Assembly (NCBI GenBank): GCA_963666985.2
Contig: CAXXIA010000002.1
Coordinates: 1,984,001-2,048,000, forward strand
Direction of reading: 5' to 3'
DNA from: Spirochaetia bacterium
GTDB taxonomy: Bacteria; Spirochaetota; Spirochaetia; DSM-2461
Length of the DNA stretch: 64,000 nt
The notes below the pieces were generated by a model. That model saw nothing but the letters and a program-made list of their open reading frames with translations, did no database searches and was not told where the DNA came from. The position numbers were made by a program, and so were the translations under genes. Each line of letters begins with the position of its first letter. The stretch's first letter is position 1. Shown one piece after another: positions 18,812 through 29,528 of this stretch.

Positions 18812-20767
18812 ATGAAAAACAATAATTCCGCTAAATCTGTTTCTTTGAGCCGGCAGTTTCTCGCGGTTGCCCTTCTTTCAACCATCCCGCTTTTTCTCTT
18901 GATTGTTTTATCCAATTTGGCGTTTCTCTTCGGATCCCGAAGAATGCTGGAGATTCAAGTGGAGAACGCCACGACGGCCCTGCACGGCACAATAGAAATT
19001 CAATTGGAAAACAGTATCCGTGCCTATCTTCGATCCAAAGTGGAAATGGCGATGAATTTGCTTGATGACGCTTTGGAAAGCGGCGAGGATTTGGAAAAAG
19101 TCATTAATACCCTCAAGACAATTGAAATAGGAAAGAGCGGGTATTTTTACGGCTTGGATTCACAAGGCGTTATTGTCTTTCATATCGATCCGGAACTGAT
19201 CGGGACCAGTTTGGCCGATTTGCCTTTGGGAAAAGCGCAATTGAGCCAAAAGTACGGATATTACGAATATGATTGGCAGAATCCCATGGAGACGACTTCT
19301 CATTCCAAAGCTCTTTACATGGAATACAACGAGAAGCTTGATTGGATTATTACGGCAACTTCTTACAGGGAAGAGTTCGCTTACATGGTGGACAGGGATG
19401 CCATACTTCGCATTGTTCAAAACAGCACCGTCGGTTATTCGGGTTATTCGTATGTTTTTGACAACAGCGGCGAGGTTGTAGCCCATCCCTTTTTCAGCAC
19501 TAAGGAAGAAATTGATGCCGCCGTGGGTTCCGAGGAGTATAAGGAACTTATCAATCAATTTTTTTCCCAGAAAGAAGGCTTCTCCGGATATAAGTGGCTC
19601 AACTATGAAAAAGAAGTTGATAGGTCGAAAATGGTGTACTTGAAATACCTTCCCGATTTCGATTGGATTGTCGGAACAGCTGTTTTTCAATCTGAAATCA
19701 ATCGCCCGATTCTTATCTTGGTTATCATCGATCTGACCGTTGCGGCCGTGATGGGACTTTTTCTTACCCGGTATATCTTCCGGGTTAATAAGGCGGTGAC
19801 CACACAGATTGAACGAATCTCCGACGGATTGGAATTGGGAAGAATGGGGAATCTGGGGGTTCGGATTGAGGAGTCCGGTCCGAAAGAGCTTCGAACCATT
19901 ACCGGAAACGTCAACTTTTTCATTGAAAATCTGGAAACGCGAACCCGTGAGCTTGAAGATCTCAATACATCTTTGGAGGATCGTGTGCGGATGCGGACTC
20001 AGGAACTTGCCGTTGCCTCACAGCGGCTCGTCGAGTCCGAGAAGCAGGCCTTAACCTCCCGTCTGGTGGCCGGAGTGGCTCATGAAATCAATACGCCGGT
20101 GGGGATTGCCCTTACCTCGGTTACTTTCGCGGGCGAGTGTTTAACTTCTCTCGGCAGGGAAGAATCTCTCGATACATCGGAGGAGGAAGCGGGAGATTCT
20201 TTTAATGTGATTCAGGAAGCAATTGAAATTGCGGAGAAAAATCTTAAACGGGCCGGCGGATTGATTCAGTCTTTTAAAAATGTTTCTTCCGATCAGTTGA
20301 GCTTGAATAAACGAACTTTTCATTTGCCCGAGGTTGTTGACGATATTATCGTGTCCATGAAATCGATGGTTCGGAAACAAAATGTCGATATTTCGGTCGA
20401 CATTCCGGATATCGTATTGGACAGCTATCCCGGGGTGTTTACGCATGTTTTGGGGAATTTGATTAATAATTCCTTGAAGCACGGCTTTGTTGATGAGCGG
20501 AAAGGAGAGATTCGGATTTCCGCAAAACAAGATGGAGAGAAGATCATCTTCGAATATCGGGATAACGGAATAGGCATTTCGAAGAACTTGGAAGGTTCCA
20601 TTTTCGATCCCTTTATAACATCACAAAGGAATGCCGGAAGTATCGGACTGGGAATGAATATTGTGAAAAACCTGGTTGTTGAAAAACTCAAAGGTACGAT
20701 CGATGTGGAGAGTTCTCCGGGGGAATACACCCGATTCATCATTGAATTTCCATATGTTTCCGGATAA
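18812..20767 (+). CDS. Cache-domain sensor histidine kinase
   Basis: Two TM segments, tandem Cache repeats, HAMP, AHEINTP H-box, N/G1/F/G2 boxes. Confidence 0.92.
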   Translation: MKNNNSAKSVSLSRQFLAVALLSTIPLFLLIVLSNLAFLFGSRRMLEIQVENATTALHGTIEIQLENSIRAYLRSKVEMAMNLLDDALESGEDLEKVINTLKTIEIGKSGYFYGLDSQGVIVFHIDPELIGTSLADLPLGKAQLSQKYGYYEYDWQNPMETTSHSKALYMEYNEKLDWIITATSYREEFAYMVDRDAILRIVQNSTVGYSGYSYVFDNSGEVVAHPFFSTKEEIDAAVGSEEYKELINQFFSQKEGFSGYKWLNYEKEVDRSKMVYLKYLPDFDWIVGTAVFQSEINRPILILVIIDLTVAAVMGLFLTRYIFRVNKAVTTQIERISDGLELGRMGNLGVRIEESGPKELRTITGNVNFFIENLETRTRELEDLNTSLEDRVRMRTQELAVASQRLVESEKQALTSRLVAGVAHEINTPVGIALTSVTFAGECLTSLGREESLDTSEEEAGDSFNVIQEAIEIAEKNLKRAGGLIQSFKNVSSDQLSLNKRTFHLPEVVDDIIVSMKSMVRKQNVDISVDIPDIVLDSYPGVFTHVLGNLINNSLKHGFVDERKGEIRISAKQDGEKIIFEYRDNGIGISKNLEGSIFDPFITSQRNAGSIGLGMNIVKNLVVEKLKGTIDVESSPGEYTRFIIEFPYVSG

Positions 20768-20786
20768 GCGTAGTTTTTAAAGTTTT

Positions 20787-22955
20787 TCAGGTTTTAAATT
20801 GCTCCACTTCGCCGGAAAGAATCTTCGTATTGCCGCTCAGGCTGCCGACATTGCCCGATATCTCGGACATTGATGAGAGTATGGAATCGCTGCTTACGGA
20901 GATTTCATCCGTATAGCTTTTAGCGGTTTGCGTGAGTTCCAGTAATGTGTTGATATTCGCCGTTATATCGTCGGTCCCGATTTTCATGGTTTTCGTTGTG
21001 TTTGAAAGGTTCGTGCAAAGGTCGTTTATCGCCGAAATTGCAATGAGAATCTGATCGCTTCCCGCGGACATTTCGTTGCTCATAAGATTAATTTCGGTAA
21101 AAGCCGACGCGAAACCTTTGATATCGGAGATCATATTCAGCATGACTTTCTGCAGCTCTTGAGAAGAGCTGCTTGAAATCTGAATTTGATTCACGATGGT
21201 TTTAACTTCCTGGGTTATCTTCCGGGAGGAAACGGAAGAATCTTCAGCCAGTTTTCGTATTTCGCCGGCGACGACGGCAAATCCCTTTCCGGCTTCTCCG
21301 GCATGAGCGGCTTCTACGGCGGCATTCATAGCCAAAAGATTGGTTTGTTCCGCTATATTGGAAATGATATCGGTCATTTCTCTGATGGAATCGATGTTCG
21401 TCGTTACTTGCTGAATGGAATTATATGTATCATTCAGCATGCTGTTGCTTATATCGGCGGTTTCAAGCAAGTCATCCGATACCTTTTTATTTCGGGATGT
21501 CGTTTCCGCCATGCTCTTAAGAGAGGAGAACATTTCCTCGATGGCCGTAGTTGATTCTTCCACCGCCATGGATTGAGTGTGTGCCTGATTCGTCAGTTCA
21601 TCAATATTCGTTTCGATTTGATGTGTCAGCGAACCCGCATTTTCAGATTGTGTTACGAGATTCTTAATAAGGTTCATTATTGAATTGATGCTGCCATGGA
21701 TCTTGTTAATCTCGGACGAGGTATGTTTCGTTGATTCATTAAGCTGTAATTCCAGCGAATGATTTGTTTCGACGGATTTGATGATATTGTTCACCATATC
21801 ACGCAAGTTTTTGGTGAATTTATTAAATGAAAGCGCAATTCTCCCCACTTCGTTTTTTGATTGAATATTGAGAGTTCTTGTCAGATCACCTTTACCGCTT
21901 GCGATGGCATTCAGTTCGGATTCAATTCTTGTTAAAGGCTTAACGATTATTTTATTGGCAACAACGATTATAAGAATTACAGAAAGAATTAAAGCAACGG
22001 TTATGATAATAATGAGAAAGAGCCGTATTGTAGATATTCTTTGAAATAAGTGATTTAAAGACCCTCTGTAGAAGAAGTACCAGTCGTTTGCTTTATTGCC
22101 TTCATACCCTTCCATTTTTTTTGCAATATAGAGATTCTCCGTACCCCCGTAGCTGCGTATAAAATTAAAATCATTGTTTTTAACTCTCTCAACGTAGGGC
22201 ACCAAGACATCTCGGCCTTTGTCGGTAAAAACAAGAGTTTCATCCGGATGCGCAATCATATTTCCCGTATCATCAATGATGAAAATGTATTCCGAATCGG
22301 CAAAATAGGATTGTTTGCCGAATCTTTCCGTGAAATATGTCATTTTCGGAGCGAGCCCGACAGCTCCAATCAGGTTGTTTTCATATTTAATGGGAACCGC
22401 AATGACGACAATGGGTGTGCCGCTCAATAAACTGGCATAAACATCGCTTATATAGTATTCCTTACCTTCCCGCATGGCCTGTGAGTAATTTTTGTCTTGC
22501 GCGAGTCCGATGGCATGCGTTCCCCCCGCGCTGATAAAAATGCTTCCGTCGGGAATGTCCTTCCTTTCTCCATCGACATCGATTGAAACAGGCCGATTCC
22601 GATTATGAAAAGATAGGGCAATGACATTTTCGTAATACGGCTGCTCTTCAAGAACTCTTTTCATTACAGCGGCGGCTTTGCCGTATTGATCCGTATTTTG
22701 AGGATCAAGGCATGAGTTGACGATGAAGGAATCGGCCGCCAGGGTTTCCGCCAGAATTATTTGATCGTCTATCCATGTTTTCAGGCCTTTTTCTATATCC
22801 GCGGTAATCGTCTGACCTAATTCCGTAGTTGTTTCATAAAGAGTTTCTTTTACAATCTTGTTAAATCCGATCCCAATAAAAAGAAATGACATCAATAATA
22901 CCGGAACGGCACTCAAAATCACACCAAAGATTACACTTCCGCGACATTCCTTCAT
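20787..22955 (-). CDS. Methyl-accepting chemotaxis protein with dCache sensor
   Basis: [38 protein letters not shown] signalling motif; HAMP. Confidence 0.96.
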   Translation of the reverse strand: MKECRGSVIFGVILSAVPVLLMSFLFIGIGFNKIVKETLYETTTELGQTITADIEKGLKTWIDDQIILAETLAADSFIVNSCLDPQNTDQYGKAAAVMKRVLEEQPYYENVIALSFHNRNRPVSIDVDGERKDIPDGSIFISAGGTHAIGLAQDKNYSQAMREGKEYYISDVYASLLSGTPIVVIAVPIKYENNLIGAVGLAPKMTYFTERFGKQSYFADSEYIFIIDDTGNMIAHPDETLVFTDKGRDVLVPYVERVKNNDFNFIRSYGGTENLYIAKKMEGYEGNKANDWYFFYRGSLNHLFQRISTIRLFLIIIITVALILSVILIIVVANKIIVKPLTRIESELNAIASGKGDLTRTLNIQSKNEVGRIALSFNKFTKNLRDMVNNIIKSVETNHSLELQLNESTKHTSSEINKIHGSINSIMNLIKNLVTQSENAGSLTHQIETNIDELTNQAHTQSMAVEESTTAIEEMFSSLKSMAETTSRNKKVSDDLLETADISNSMLNDTYNSIQQVTTNIDSIREMTDIISNIAEQTNLLAMNAAVEAAHAGEAGKGFAVVAGEIRKLAEDSSVSSRKITQEVKTIVNQIQISSSSSQELQKVMLNMISDIKGFASAFTEINLMSNEMSAGSDQILIAISAINDLCTNLSNTTKTMKIGTDDITANINTLLELTQTAKSYTDEISVSSDSILSSMSEISGNVGSLSGNTKILSGEVEQFKT

Positions 22956-23276
22956 GAATGTGCTCCTTATAACTTAATTTTAGAATAGAGATTGCCTGTT
23001 TACCAACGGCACGTTTATTTTTCCGTATTTGATTTCTGTGAAAACAATTAAAGAATCCTTATAAGAGAACGCGTGTAAAATAATCGCGATGACGGGGGAT
23101 CGTTTCGTAATCCGGGCGGTATTAAGCCTCTGTTGAGAAGCTTTTCGGCCGTTTGCCGATCCATTTCCGCCTATGGACTTGGCAACATAATGATTTGGAA
23201 GTAGCTATTTACTTTTAATTCTTGTGAGATAAGACTTGTTAAAGTGTCTGTGAAGGTAAACCACTTGCAGGGGGAG

Positions 23277-24251
23277 ATGATGAAAAGAAGGATTTTCTCC
23301 GCGTTTGCTCTGTTGATGGCCGCTTCCATCCTTTTCCTTAACGGCTTGAGCTGTAAAAAAGGGAATAACGCCCTTATAGGTTTTATTCCAATGACAATGA
23401 ATAATGAATATTTCATTACTATGGTGAATGCCGCCGAACAAGAAGCGGAAAGGCTGGGCGTTCGTTTGATGGTTGATTCGGGTGATTCTCATCGTTCCGC
23501 GAATGCGCAGCTGATGATTGCCGAAGAAATGATTCAACATAAAGTCGATGCGATCTGTCTTGTTCCCAGTTCTTCCAGTTCCGCGCTTGCCGTGTTGACC
23601 TTAGCCTCCGCAAAGAAAATCCCGGTAATCAACATTGATACAAAAATCAATGAAGTCATGATTATGCAGTCCGGATTGCAGGCGGTTCCATTTATCGGTA
23701 CGGATAACTACACCGGTGCGGCGATGGGCGCTGATTATGCCGTGAGAAAGTTGAATATCATGGGGAAGAAAGTTGTGATTCTCACCGGAATAGAGGGGCA
23801 ATTGAATGCAAGCGATCGTCGAAACGGTTTTGTCGATAATGCAACGGGAATTGAAGTCGTGCATGAACAGACGGCAAATTGGGAAATGGATCAAGGTTAT
23901 GAAGTTGTAAAAACAGTATTGGAAAGGAATCCCGATATTGATTTCATATCGTGCGGTAACGACGGAATGGCCTTGGGAGCCGTTCAAGCGGTAAAAGAAG
24001 CCGGAAAATCCGATTCCATCATGATCTTCGGGTATGATGCCGTTCCTGCGGCATTGGACGCAATTGAAATGGGCGATATGGTCGCAACGGTAGCTCAGTT
24101 TCCCGCCGAAATGGGAATACTCGGAGTTCAAACCGCTTTAAATATGATAAAAGGCGAGGCTGTTGAACTCACAACATATACCAAGACGGAAGTTATTGAT
24201 AAAGAGAATGTCGGGGTATTTAAAGAGTATTTAAAGCAGTTTTCCAAATAA
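23277..24251 (+). CDS. Sugar ABC substrate-binding lipoprotein (RbsB-like), orphan
   Basis: Lipobox GLSC; NEYF, GTDNY, ND.MALGA, GYD, TVAQ motifs. Confidence 0.9.
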   Translation: MMKRRIFSAFALLMAASILFLNGLSCKKGNNALIGFIPMTMNNEYFITMVNAAEQEAERLGVRLMVDSGDSHRSANAQLMIAEEMIQHKVDAICLVPSSSSSALAVLTLASAKKIPVINIDTKINEVMIMQSGLQAVPFIGTDNYTGAAMGADYAVRKLNIMGKKVVILTGIEGQLNASDRRNGFVDNATGIEVVHEQTANWEMDQGYEVVKTVLERNPDIDFISCGNDGMALGAVQAVKEAGKSDSIMIFGYDAVPAALDAIEMGDMVATVAQFPAEMGILGVQTALNMIKGEAVELTTYTKTEVIDKENVGVFKEYLKQFSK

Positions 24252-24307
24252 TCCGGCGAACCCCGGAAGAACGTTTTGTTGGGGTGTATTTACCGAAATC
24301 CAATTTC

Positions 24308-24682
24308 TCAGGCTTTAAGCAATGCGCCGACGGCGGCCGAAATAACAGCCGGATCATCTCCGTTTTGAATACCGCGAACACCGACGGCATAGACGGCTTT
24401 TGCCGTTTTTTCCGCAGCATCATCTTCGGCCGTGATGTGTTCCAGAAGCCATTCGACGACTTCCTCCGGGTCCGTTCCGTCGGCAACGAGCTTAAGTCCT
24501 TCACTGAAGAACTCAGGGAGAGATCCGTCTTCCGTCATGGACTCAAGTGCAAGAAGTCCGTCTTTGGCCGCACAATCTCTCGCACGGGCGATGTGTCCGA
24601 TTACTTCAACAGTTCGTTCCCGATCCATAAGTCCGGGGTTGATTGTGTCCGGAAAATCATCCGGCCAGGGAAAATCACTCAT
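24308..24682 (-). CDS. Hypothetical protein resembling the MotA cytoplasmic domain
   Basis: AAKDGLLALE...FFSEGLKLVADGTDPEEV; SD GAGGT upstream; no TM helices. Confidence 0.6.
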   Translation of the reverse strand: MSDFPWPDDFPDTINPGLMDRERTVEVIGHIARARDCAAKDGLLALESMTEDGSLPEFFSEGLKLVADGTDPEEVVEWLLEHITAEDDAAEKTAKAVYAVGVRGIQNGDDPAVISAAVGALLKA

Positions 24683-24808
24683 CGCTTACCTCTCGCCATA
24701 ATGGATTTCATTGAGTCTTCCAAAAAGGATATCGTAGAAGAATGTGGAAGTCGAATAAATCGCACGTATTCGTGTTTCGCTTTTCAAAAGCGACTGAAAC
24801 AGCGGGAA

Positions 24809-24853
24809 TTGACAGCGCTGTGGTTTCGTTTTATTGTGATGAACGAAACCACA
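24809..24853 (+). promoter_or_regulatory. Sigma70 promoter overlapped by a 12-bp inverted repeat (probable DeoR operator)
   Basis: TTGACA-17-TATTGT; TGTGGTTTCGTT-N11-AACGAAACCACA. Confidence 0.7.
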
Positions 24854-24878
24854 AGAAACCTTTCGGAGTCCGAAATCC

Positions 24879-25652
24879 ATGGCCCTGATAGAACGTCATA
24901 ATACGATTCTCAAGACTGTCGAGCGGCTTCGAACCGTCTCGGTGCAGGAACTGAGAGAGCGATTGGACGTTTCCGATGTTACAATACGCAAGGATTTAAC
25001 CTTTTTGGAAGAACAGGGTCTTATCCTTCGAACTCATGGCGGCGCCCGTTTGGCCGAAGACATCAACCGGATGCGCACGCTGGCTTTGAGAGAGCGGGAA
25101 AATCCGAATACCAAGAGAACGATCGCCCGCAGAGCTCTCCGCATCATTGAGGAAGGCGACACGATTTATTTGGATTCGGGATCCACATGCCAAGCTTTGG
25201 CCGAACAGATCCGGGATGCCGGCCGCACCGTTCGGATTATCACGAACGCCCTTCCCATTATGAACATTCTGGCCCCCGCCGAGAGTGTCAGTATTTTTAC
25301 CATCGGCGGTTCCTTTCGCCGGGAAGCCGGATCTTTCATCGGTCCGCTGTCGCTGGCGAATTTGAAAGACTATCAAATTGAAACCGGTTTTGTCGGAACC
25401 ACGGGCTTCAACGCCCACGGAGTCTTTTCGAGTCAAAACGTTATCGAGAGTCAGTTGAAGAAAGCCGTTCTGGCCTCGTCCCGAAGACGCATTATTCTGG
25501 CCGATTCCACCAAGGCCGATGTGCGGGCTTTCAGCGTGTTCGCCCGTCCCGGAGACGTGGATATTCTCATTACGGACACCGGCTGCCCGTATGAAAAACA
25601 GCTCAAGAAAGCCGGTTTGGAAGTCATCATCGCCAAAGAAGAGGAGAATTAA
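24879..25652 (+). CDS. DeoR/GlpR-family transcriptional regulator
   Basis: VSDVTIRKDL..RTHGGA HTH, LDSGST, ITNA, LADSTK. Confidence 0.95.
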   Translation: MALIERHNTILKTVERLRTVSVQELRERLDVSDVTIRKDLTFLEEQGLILRTHGGARLAEDINRMRTLALRERENPNTKRTIARRALRIIEEGDTIYLDSGSTCQALAEQIRDAGRTVRIITNALPIMNILAPAESVSIFTIGGSFRREAGSFIGPLSLANLKDYQIETGFVGTTGFNAHGVFSSQNVIESQLKKAVLASSRRRIILADSTKADVRAFSVFARPGDVDILITDTGCPYEKQLKKAGLEVIIAKEEEN

Positions 25653-25655
25653 AGA

Positions 25656-26876
25656 ATGAACGGGAATGCCATCGTCGCTCAGTCCGGAGGACCAACGGCC
25701 GTTATCAACGCCTCGGCCGCCGGAGTGATTCATGCCGCCATGGAAGCACCGGTTATTGATCGGGTGTTCGCGGCGCATAACGGAATTCTGGGTGTGCTCA
25801 ACGAGGAGATCTACGATCTGGGGAAGGAAGAGAAATCCGTTCTGGAAGAACTCCGCTGGTCGCCGGCTTCGGCTTTGGGTTCCTGCCGGCATAAGGTGAA
25901 AACCGATGAGGAGCGGCAGAGGATAATCGACGTATTCAAGAAACATAACATCCGGTACTTCTTCTACATCGGCGGCAACGATTCCATGGACACGGCCGAC
26001 AAAGTCTCCAAGCTCGCGCGGAAAACCGGCTACGAAATGCGCGCCGTGGGGGTTCCCAAAACAATCGATAACGACTTGGCGGAAACCGACCACTGCCCGG
26101 GTTACGGTTCGGTGATTAAATATCTGGCCGCGATGACCATGGAGGCGGGCCGCGACACCGAAGCCATGTACACCGCCGATACCGTGAATGTCATTGAGGC
26201 CATGGGCCGGAACGCCGGATGGATCGCCGCGGGATGCGCCCTTGCCAGACGAAACGAAGAGGACGCGCCGCATATTATCCTGCTGCCGGAAGTTCCCTTT
26301 AGTCGGGCCGCGTTCGCGGCGAAGGTTCGCCATTATCTGGAGAAAATCGGCCGCTGCGTCATCGTGGTTTCGGAAGGAACGAAATACCCCGACGGATCGT
26401 TTCTGTCTGAGATGAAAGGCGATTTCGCCAAGGACGCCTTCGGACATGTTCAGCTCGGCGGCGCCGCGCAGGCCGTTCAGGCCCTCGTTCAGGAAGATTG
26501 TAAAGTCAAAGCCCGCATCGCCATGCCCAGCACCATACAGCGGACGGGGGCGCACTTTGCCAGTTTAACGGACAACGAGGAGGCTTACGGATCGGGCCGC
26601 CGCGCGGTTCAGGCCGCCCTGGAAGGCGTAACCGACAAAATGATTACCCTGGTTCGGGAATCCGAAAAACCGTACCGATGCGGATACGGACTGGCCGACC
26701 TCTCGGCCGTGGCCAACGGCGAGAAATATTTTCCGAAGGAATGGATTACCGATGACGGCTTTTTCGTTACCGATGATTTTATTCGATACGCACGGCCGCT
26801 GATTCAGGGAGAAACCAAGCCGCCGATGCAGGACGGCCTGCCGCGGTACGTGCGGACGGCGAAGAACTTCGTATAG
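25656..26876 (+). CDS. 6-phosphofructokinase family, probably PPi-dependent
   Basis: QSGGPT, GGNDS, PKTIDND, MGRNAGW, SEG motifs. Confidence 0.9.
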   Translation: MNGNAIVAQSGGPTAVINASAAGVIHAAMEAPVIDRVFAAHNGILGVLNEEIYDLGKEEKSVLEELRWSPASALGSCRHKVKTDEERQRIIDVFKKHNIRYFFYIGGNDSMDTADKVSKLARKTGYEMRAVGVPKTIDNDLAETDHCPGYGSVIKYLAAMTMEAGRDTEAMYTADTVNVIEAMGRNAGWIAAGCALARRNEEDAPHIILLPEVPFSRAAFAAKVRHYLEKIGRCVIVVSEGTKYPDGSFLSEMKGDFAKDAFGHVQLGGAAQAVQALVQEDCKVKARIAMPSTIQRTGAHFASLTDNEEAYGSGRRAVQAALEGVTDKMITLVRESEKPYRCGYGLADLSAVANGEKYFPKEWITDDGFFVTDDFIRYARPLIQGETKPPMQDGLPRYVRTAKNFV

Positions 26877-27030
26877 GCCCCCCGGGAGGGCCCTGCCGGT
26901 TACGGGCAGGCCATGTTAGGTCCGGGTAGGCTCGGGTATGGCCGACTATGGCCGGGGAGGTCCGGCTATGACCGGGGAGTGCAAGCCGGGGAGAGACTTG
27001 GATTAAGCTTGAATCGGATCGGGGAGCGTT

Positions 27031-27125
27031 CTTAGGCGAAAGAAAATTTCGTCTGAATCACCGGCCTTAGGCGAAGAAAAAGTTCGTCAAAGTTCCCCGA
27101 TTTAGAGGCATAAAGAGTTCGCCTG
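27031..27125. repeat. Three degenerate 35-bp-period hairpin repeats
   Basis: CTTAGGCGAA-N7-TTCGTC at 27031 and 27066; degenerate copy at 27101. Confidence 0.6.
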
Positions 27126-27174
27126 ACGGCACTGCCGTCAAACGGAAGAATAGGAATATAAAAGGAGCAAAAAC

Positions 27175-28029
27175 ATGGTCCCGTTCAAAATCGATTTAAC
27201 CGATAAAGTCGCCGCCGTTACCGGCGGGGGCGGCGTTCTCTGCGGCGCTTTCGCCAAGGCTCTTGCCGAGTGCGGCGCGAAAACGGCCGTACTTGATTTG
27301 AGAAAAGAAGCCGCCGACGCCGTCGCGGCCGAAATCACCGCGGCCGGAGGCACCGCCATGGGCGTGGCCGCGAACGTCCTGGAAACCGAAAGCCTTGAAG
27401 CGGCCCGCGCGGAAATAGAAAAAGCGTTCGGCCCGGTGGACATCCTTATAAACGGCGCCGGCGGGAATCATCCCAAAGGCACCACCAGCAAGGAATACCT
27501 GCTTCCCGAACAGCTGAAAGAAAAAGTCGAAGGACTCACCACGTTTTTCGACCTCGATCCCCAAGGAATCCAATTCGTCTTCAACCTGAATTTTCTGGGC
27601 ACCCTCCTGCCCACCCAGGCCTTCGCCCGCGGCATGGCCGAAAAAGGCGCGGGCGCCATCATCAATGTTTCCAGCATGAACGCCTTTACGCCGCTGACCA
27701 AAATCCCCGCCTATTCGGGAGCCAAAGCCGCCGTGAGCAACTTCACCCGCTGGCTGGCGGTTCATTTTTCCAAGGTGGGCGTTCGCGTCAATGCCATCGC
27801 ACCGGGCTTTTTTCTCACCGATCAGAACCGTTCCCTCATGACCAAGGAAGACGGCTCCTGGTCCGATCGCGCCGTTACCATCCTCAACCACATCCCCTTG
27901 GACCGCCTCGGAAAACCCGAAGATCTGCTGGGCACCCTCCTGTGGCTGGTGGACGAAAAAGCCGCGGGTTATGTTAACGGTACGGTTATTCCTGTGGACG
28001 GCGGATTCTCCGCATTCTCCGGCGTATAG
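27175..28029 (+). CDS. uxuB: SDR-family D-mannonate oxidoreductase (fructuronate reductase)
   Basis: TGGGGVLC, NGAGGN, PLTKIPAYSGAK (YxxxK); upstream of uxaC. Confidence 0.85.
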   Translation: MVPFKIDLTDKVAAVTGGGGVLCGAFAKALAECGAKTAVLDLRKEAADAVAAEITAAGGTAMGVAANVLETESLEAARAEIEKAFGPVDILINGAGGNHPKGTTSKEYLLPEQLKEKVEGLTTFFDLDPQGIQFVFNLNFLGTLLPTQAFARGMAEKGAGAIINVSSMNAFTPLTKIPAYSGAKAAVSNFTRWLAVHFSKVGVRVNAIAPGFFLTDQNRSLMTKEDGSWSDRAVTILNHIPLDRLGKPEDLLGTLLWLVDEKAAGYVNGTVIPVDGGFSAFSGV

Positions 28030-28112
28030 CCTGACCCCCGGGGCCCCAATCCCCGGGGGCGAAGCCCAACGGCCGACGCCGGCCTGTGGAATCAAAGAGA
28101 AGGAGATTGAGT

Positions 28113-29528
28113 ATGAAACCATTCATGGGCGAGGACTTCCTCCTCAGCACCGAAACGGCCCGGAGACTCTACCATGAAGTCGCCGCCGATCTGCCCATCA
28201 TCGACTATCACAACCATCTGCCGCCGGCGGATATCGCGGGAAACAGGCGGTTCGGTAATCTTTTTGAAGCCTGGCTCGAAGGCGACCATTATAAATGGCG
28301 GGGCATGCGTACCGCCGGCGTCGAAGAGCGCTTCTGCACCGGAGACGCTTCCCCGAGGGAGAAATTCGATGCCTGGGCGCGAACCGTTCCCCATACCCTG
28401 GGCAATCCTCTCTATCACTGGACCCATCTGGAACTTCGGCGCTACTTCGGCATTGAAGATCTTCTCTCGCCGGCCACAGCCGATGCAATCTGGAATGCGG
28501 CCAACGCCAAACTGGCGCAAAGCGATTACACCGCCCGGGGGTTGCTGAAAATGCAGAACGTGAAAATTGTCTGCACCACCGACGATCCCTCCGATACCCT
28601 GGAACACCAAGAGGCCCATGCCGAGGCCGGTTCACCGGATGTGAAGATGTTTCCGGCGTTCCGCCCGGATAAGATTCATAACTTCGGAAACCTGAACACC
28701 TGGAAAGCCTATGTTGAACGGCTGGGAAACTCCGCGGGCAGCGGCATTACTTGCTGGGAAGATCTCCTGGAAGTTCTGATGGTTCGCCACGCCTTTTTCC
28801 ACAGCCGCGGCTGCCGCGTATCCGATCACGGCGTGGAATTCGTTCCGGGAATCCCCTGGACTCCGGAGCAGGCGGATAAGGTTCTAAAGAAAGCCCTTGG
28901 CGGCACCATGCCGAGTGAAGAGGAAATCCTTCTCTTCCGGGGCGCCGTAATGGAGAGCTGCGGACGCATGGACGCGGCGGCCGGCTGGGTAATGCAGATT
29001 CACATGGGTGCTTTGCGGAACGTGAATCCCCGCCGCATGGCCCAGCTCGGTCCGGACACAGGCTTCGACGTTATCGGCGATTTCCCTCAAGCTTCAGGCT
29101 TGGCCCGTCATCTCGGCGCCTTGGCCGAAGACGACATGCTTCCGAAAACCATCCTTTATGTTTTGAATCCCGCGGATAATGAAATGATCGGGACGATGAT
29201 CGGTGCCTTTCAGGGAGACACCCCCGGAAAGATTCAGTTCGGTTCCGGGTGGTGGTTCAACGATCAGAAAGACGGCATGATTCGGCAACTAACAGCCCTG
29301 GCCAACTTGGGGCTTCTCTCCCGGTTCGTGGGCATGCTGACCGACAGCCGGAGCTTCCTTTCCTATCCCAGGCATGAGTATTTCCGCCGCATCCTCTGCG
29401 AACAGATCGGCGGCTGGGTTGAAAACGGCGAAATCCCGAACGATCCGGCCCTGCTTGATCCCATGATTGAGGGTATTTGCTATAAGAACGCCCGGGACTA
29501 TTTTAATTTTGGAGAAGATGAATCATGA
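28113..29528 (+). CDS. uxaC: Uronate isomerase
   Basis: IIDYHNH, GDHYKWR, GNPLYHWTH, TTDDP, GWWFND, TDSRSFLSYPRHEYFRR. Confidence 0.97.
   Translation: MKPFMGEDFLLSTETARRLYHEVAADLPIIDYHNHLPPADIAGNRRFGNLFEAWLEGDHYKWRGMRTAGVEERFCTGDASPREKFDAWARTVPHTLGNPLYHWTHLELRRYFGIEDLLSPATADAIWNAANAKLAQSDYTARGLLKMQNVKIVCTTDDPSDTLEHQEAHAEAGSPDVKMFPAFRPDKIHNFGNLNTWKAYVERLGNSAGSGITCWEDLLEVLMVRHAFFHSRGCRVSDHGVEFVPGIPWTPEQADKVLKKALGGTMPSEEEILLFRGAVMESCGRMDAAAGWVMQIHMGALRNVNPRRMAQLGPDTGFDVIGDFPQASGLARHLGALAEDDMLPKTILYVLNPADNEMIGTMIGAFQGDTPGKIQFGSGWWFNDQKDGMIRQLTALANLGLLSRFVGMLTDSRSFLSYPRHEYFRRILCEQIGGWVENGEIPNDPALLDPMIEGICYKNARDYFNFGEDES

Noticed and set aside
24996..26555. 519-aa minus-strand ORF
   Set aside because: Antisense shadow of deoR and pfk with no recognisable motifs
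27031..27125. Possible mini CRISPR array
   Set aside because: Units are degenerate, linkers only 11-12 nt, no cas genes in the window
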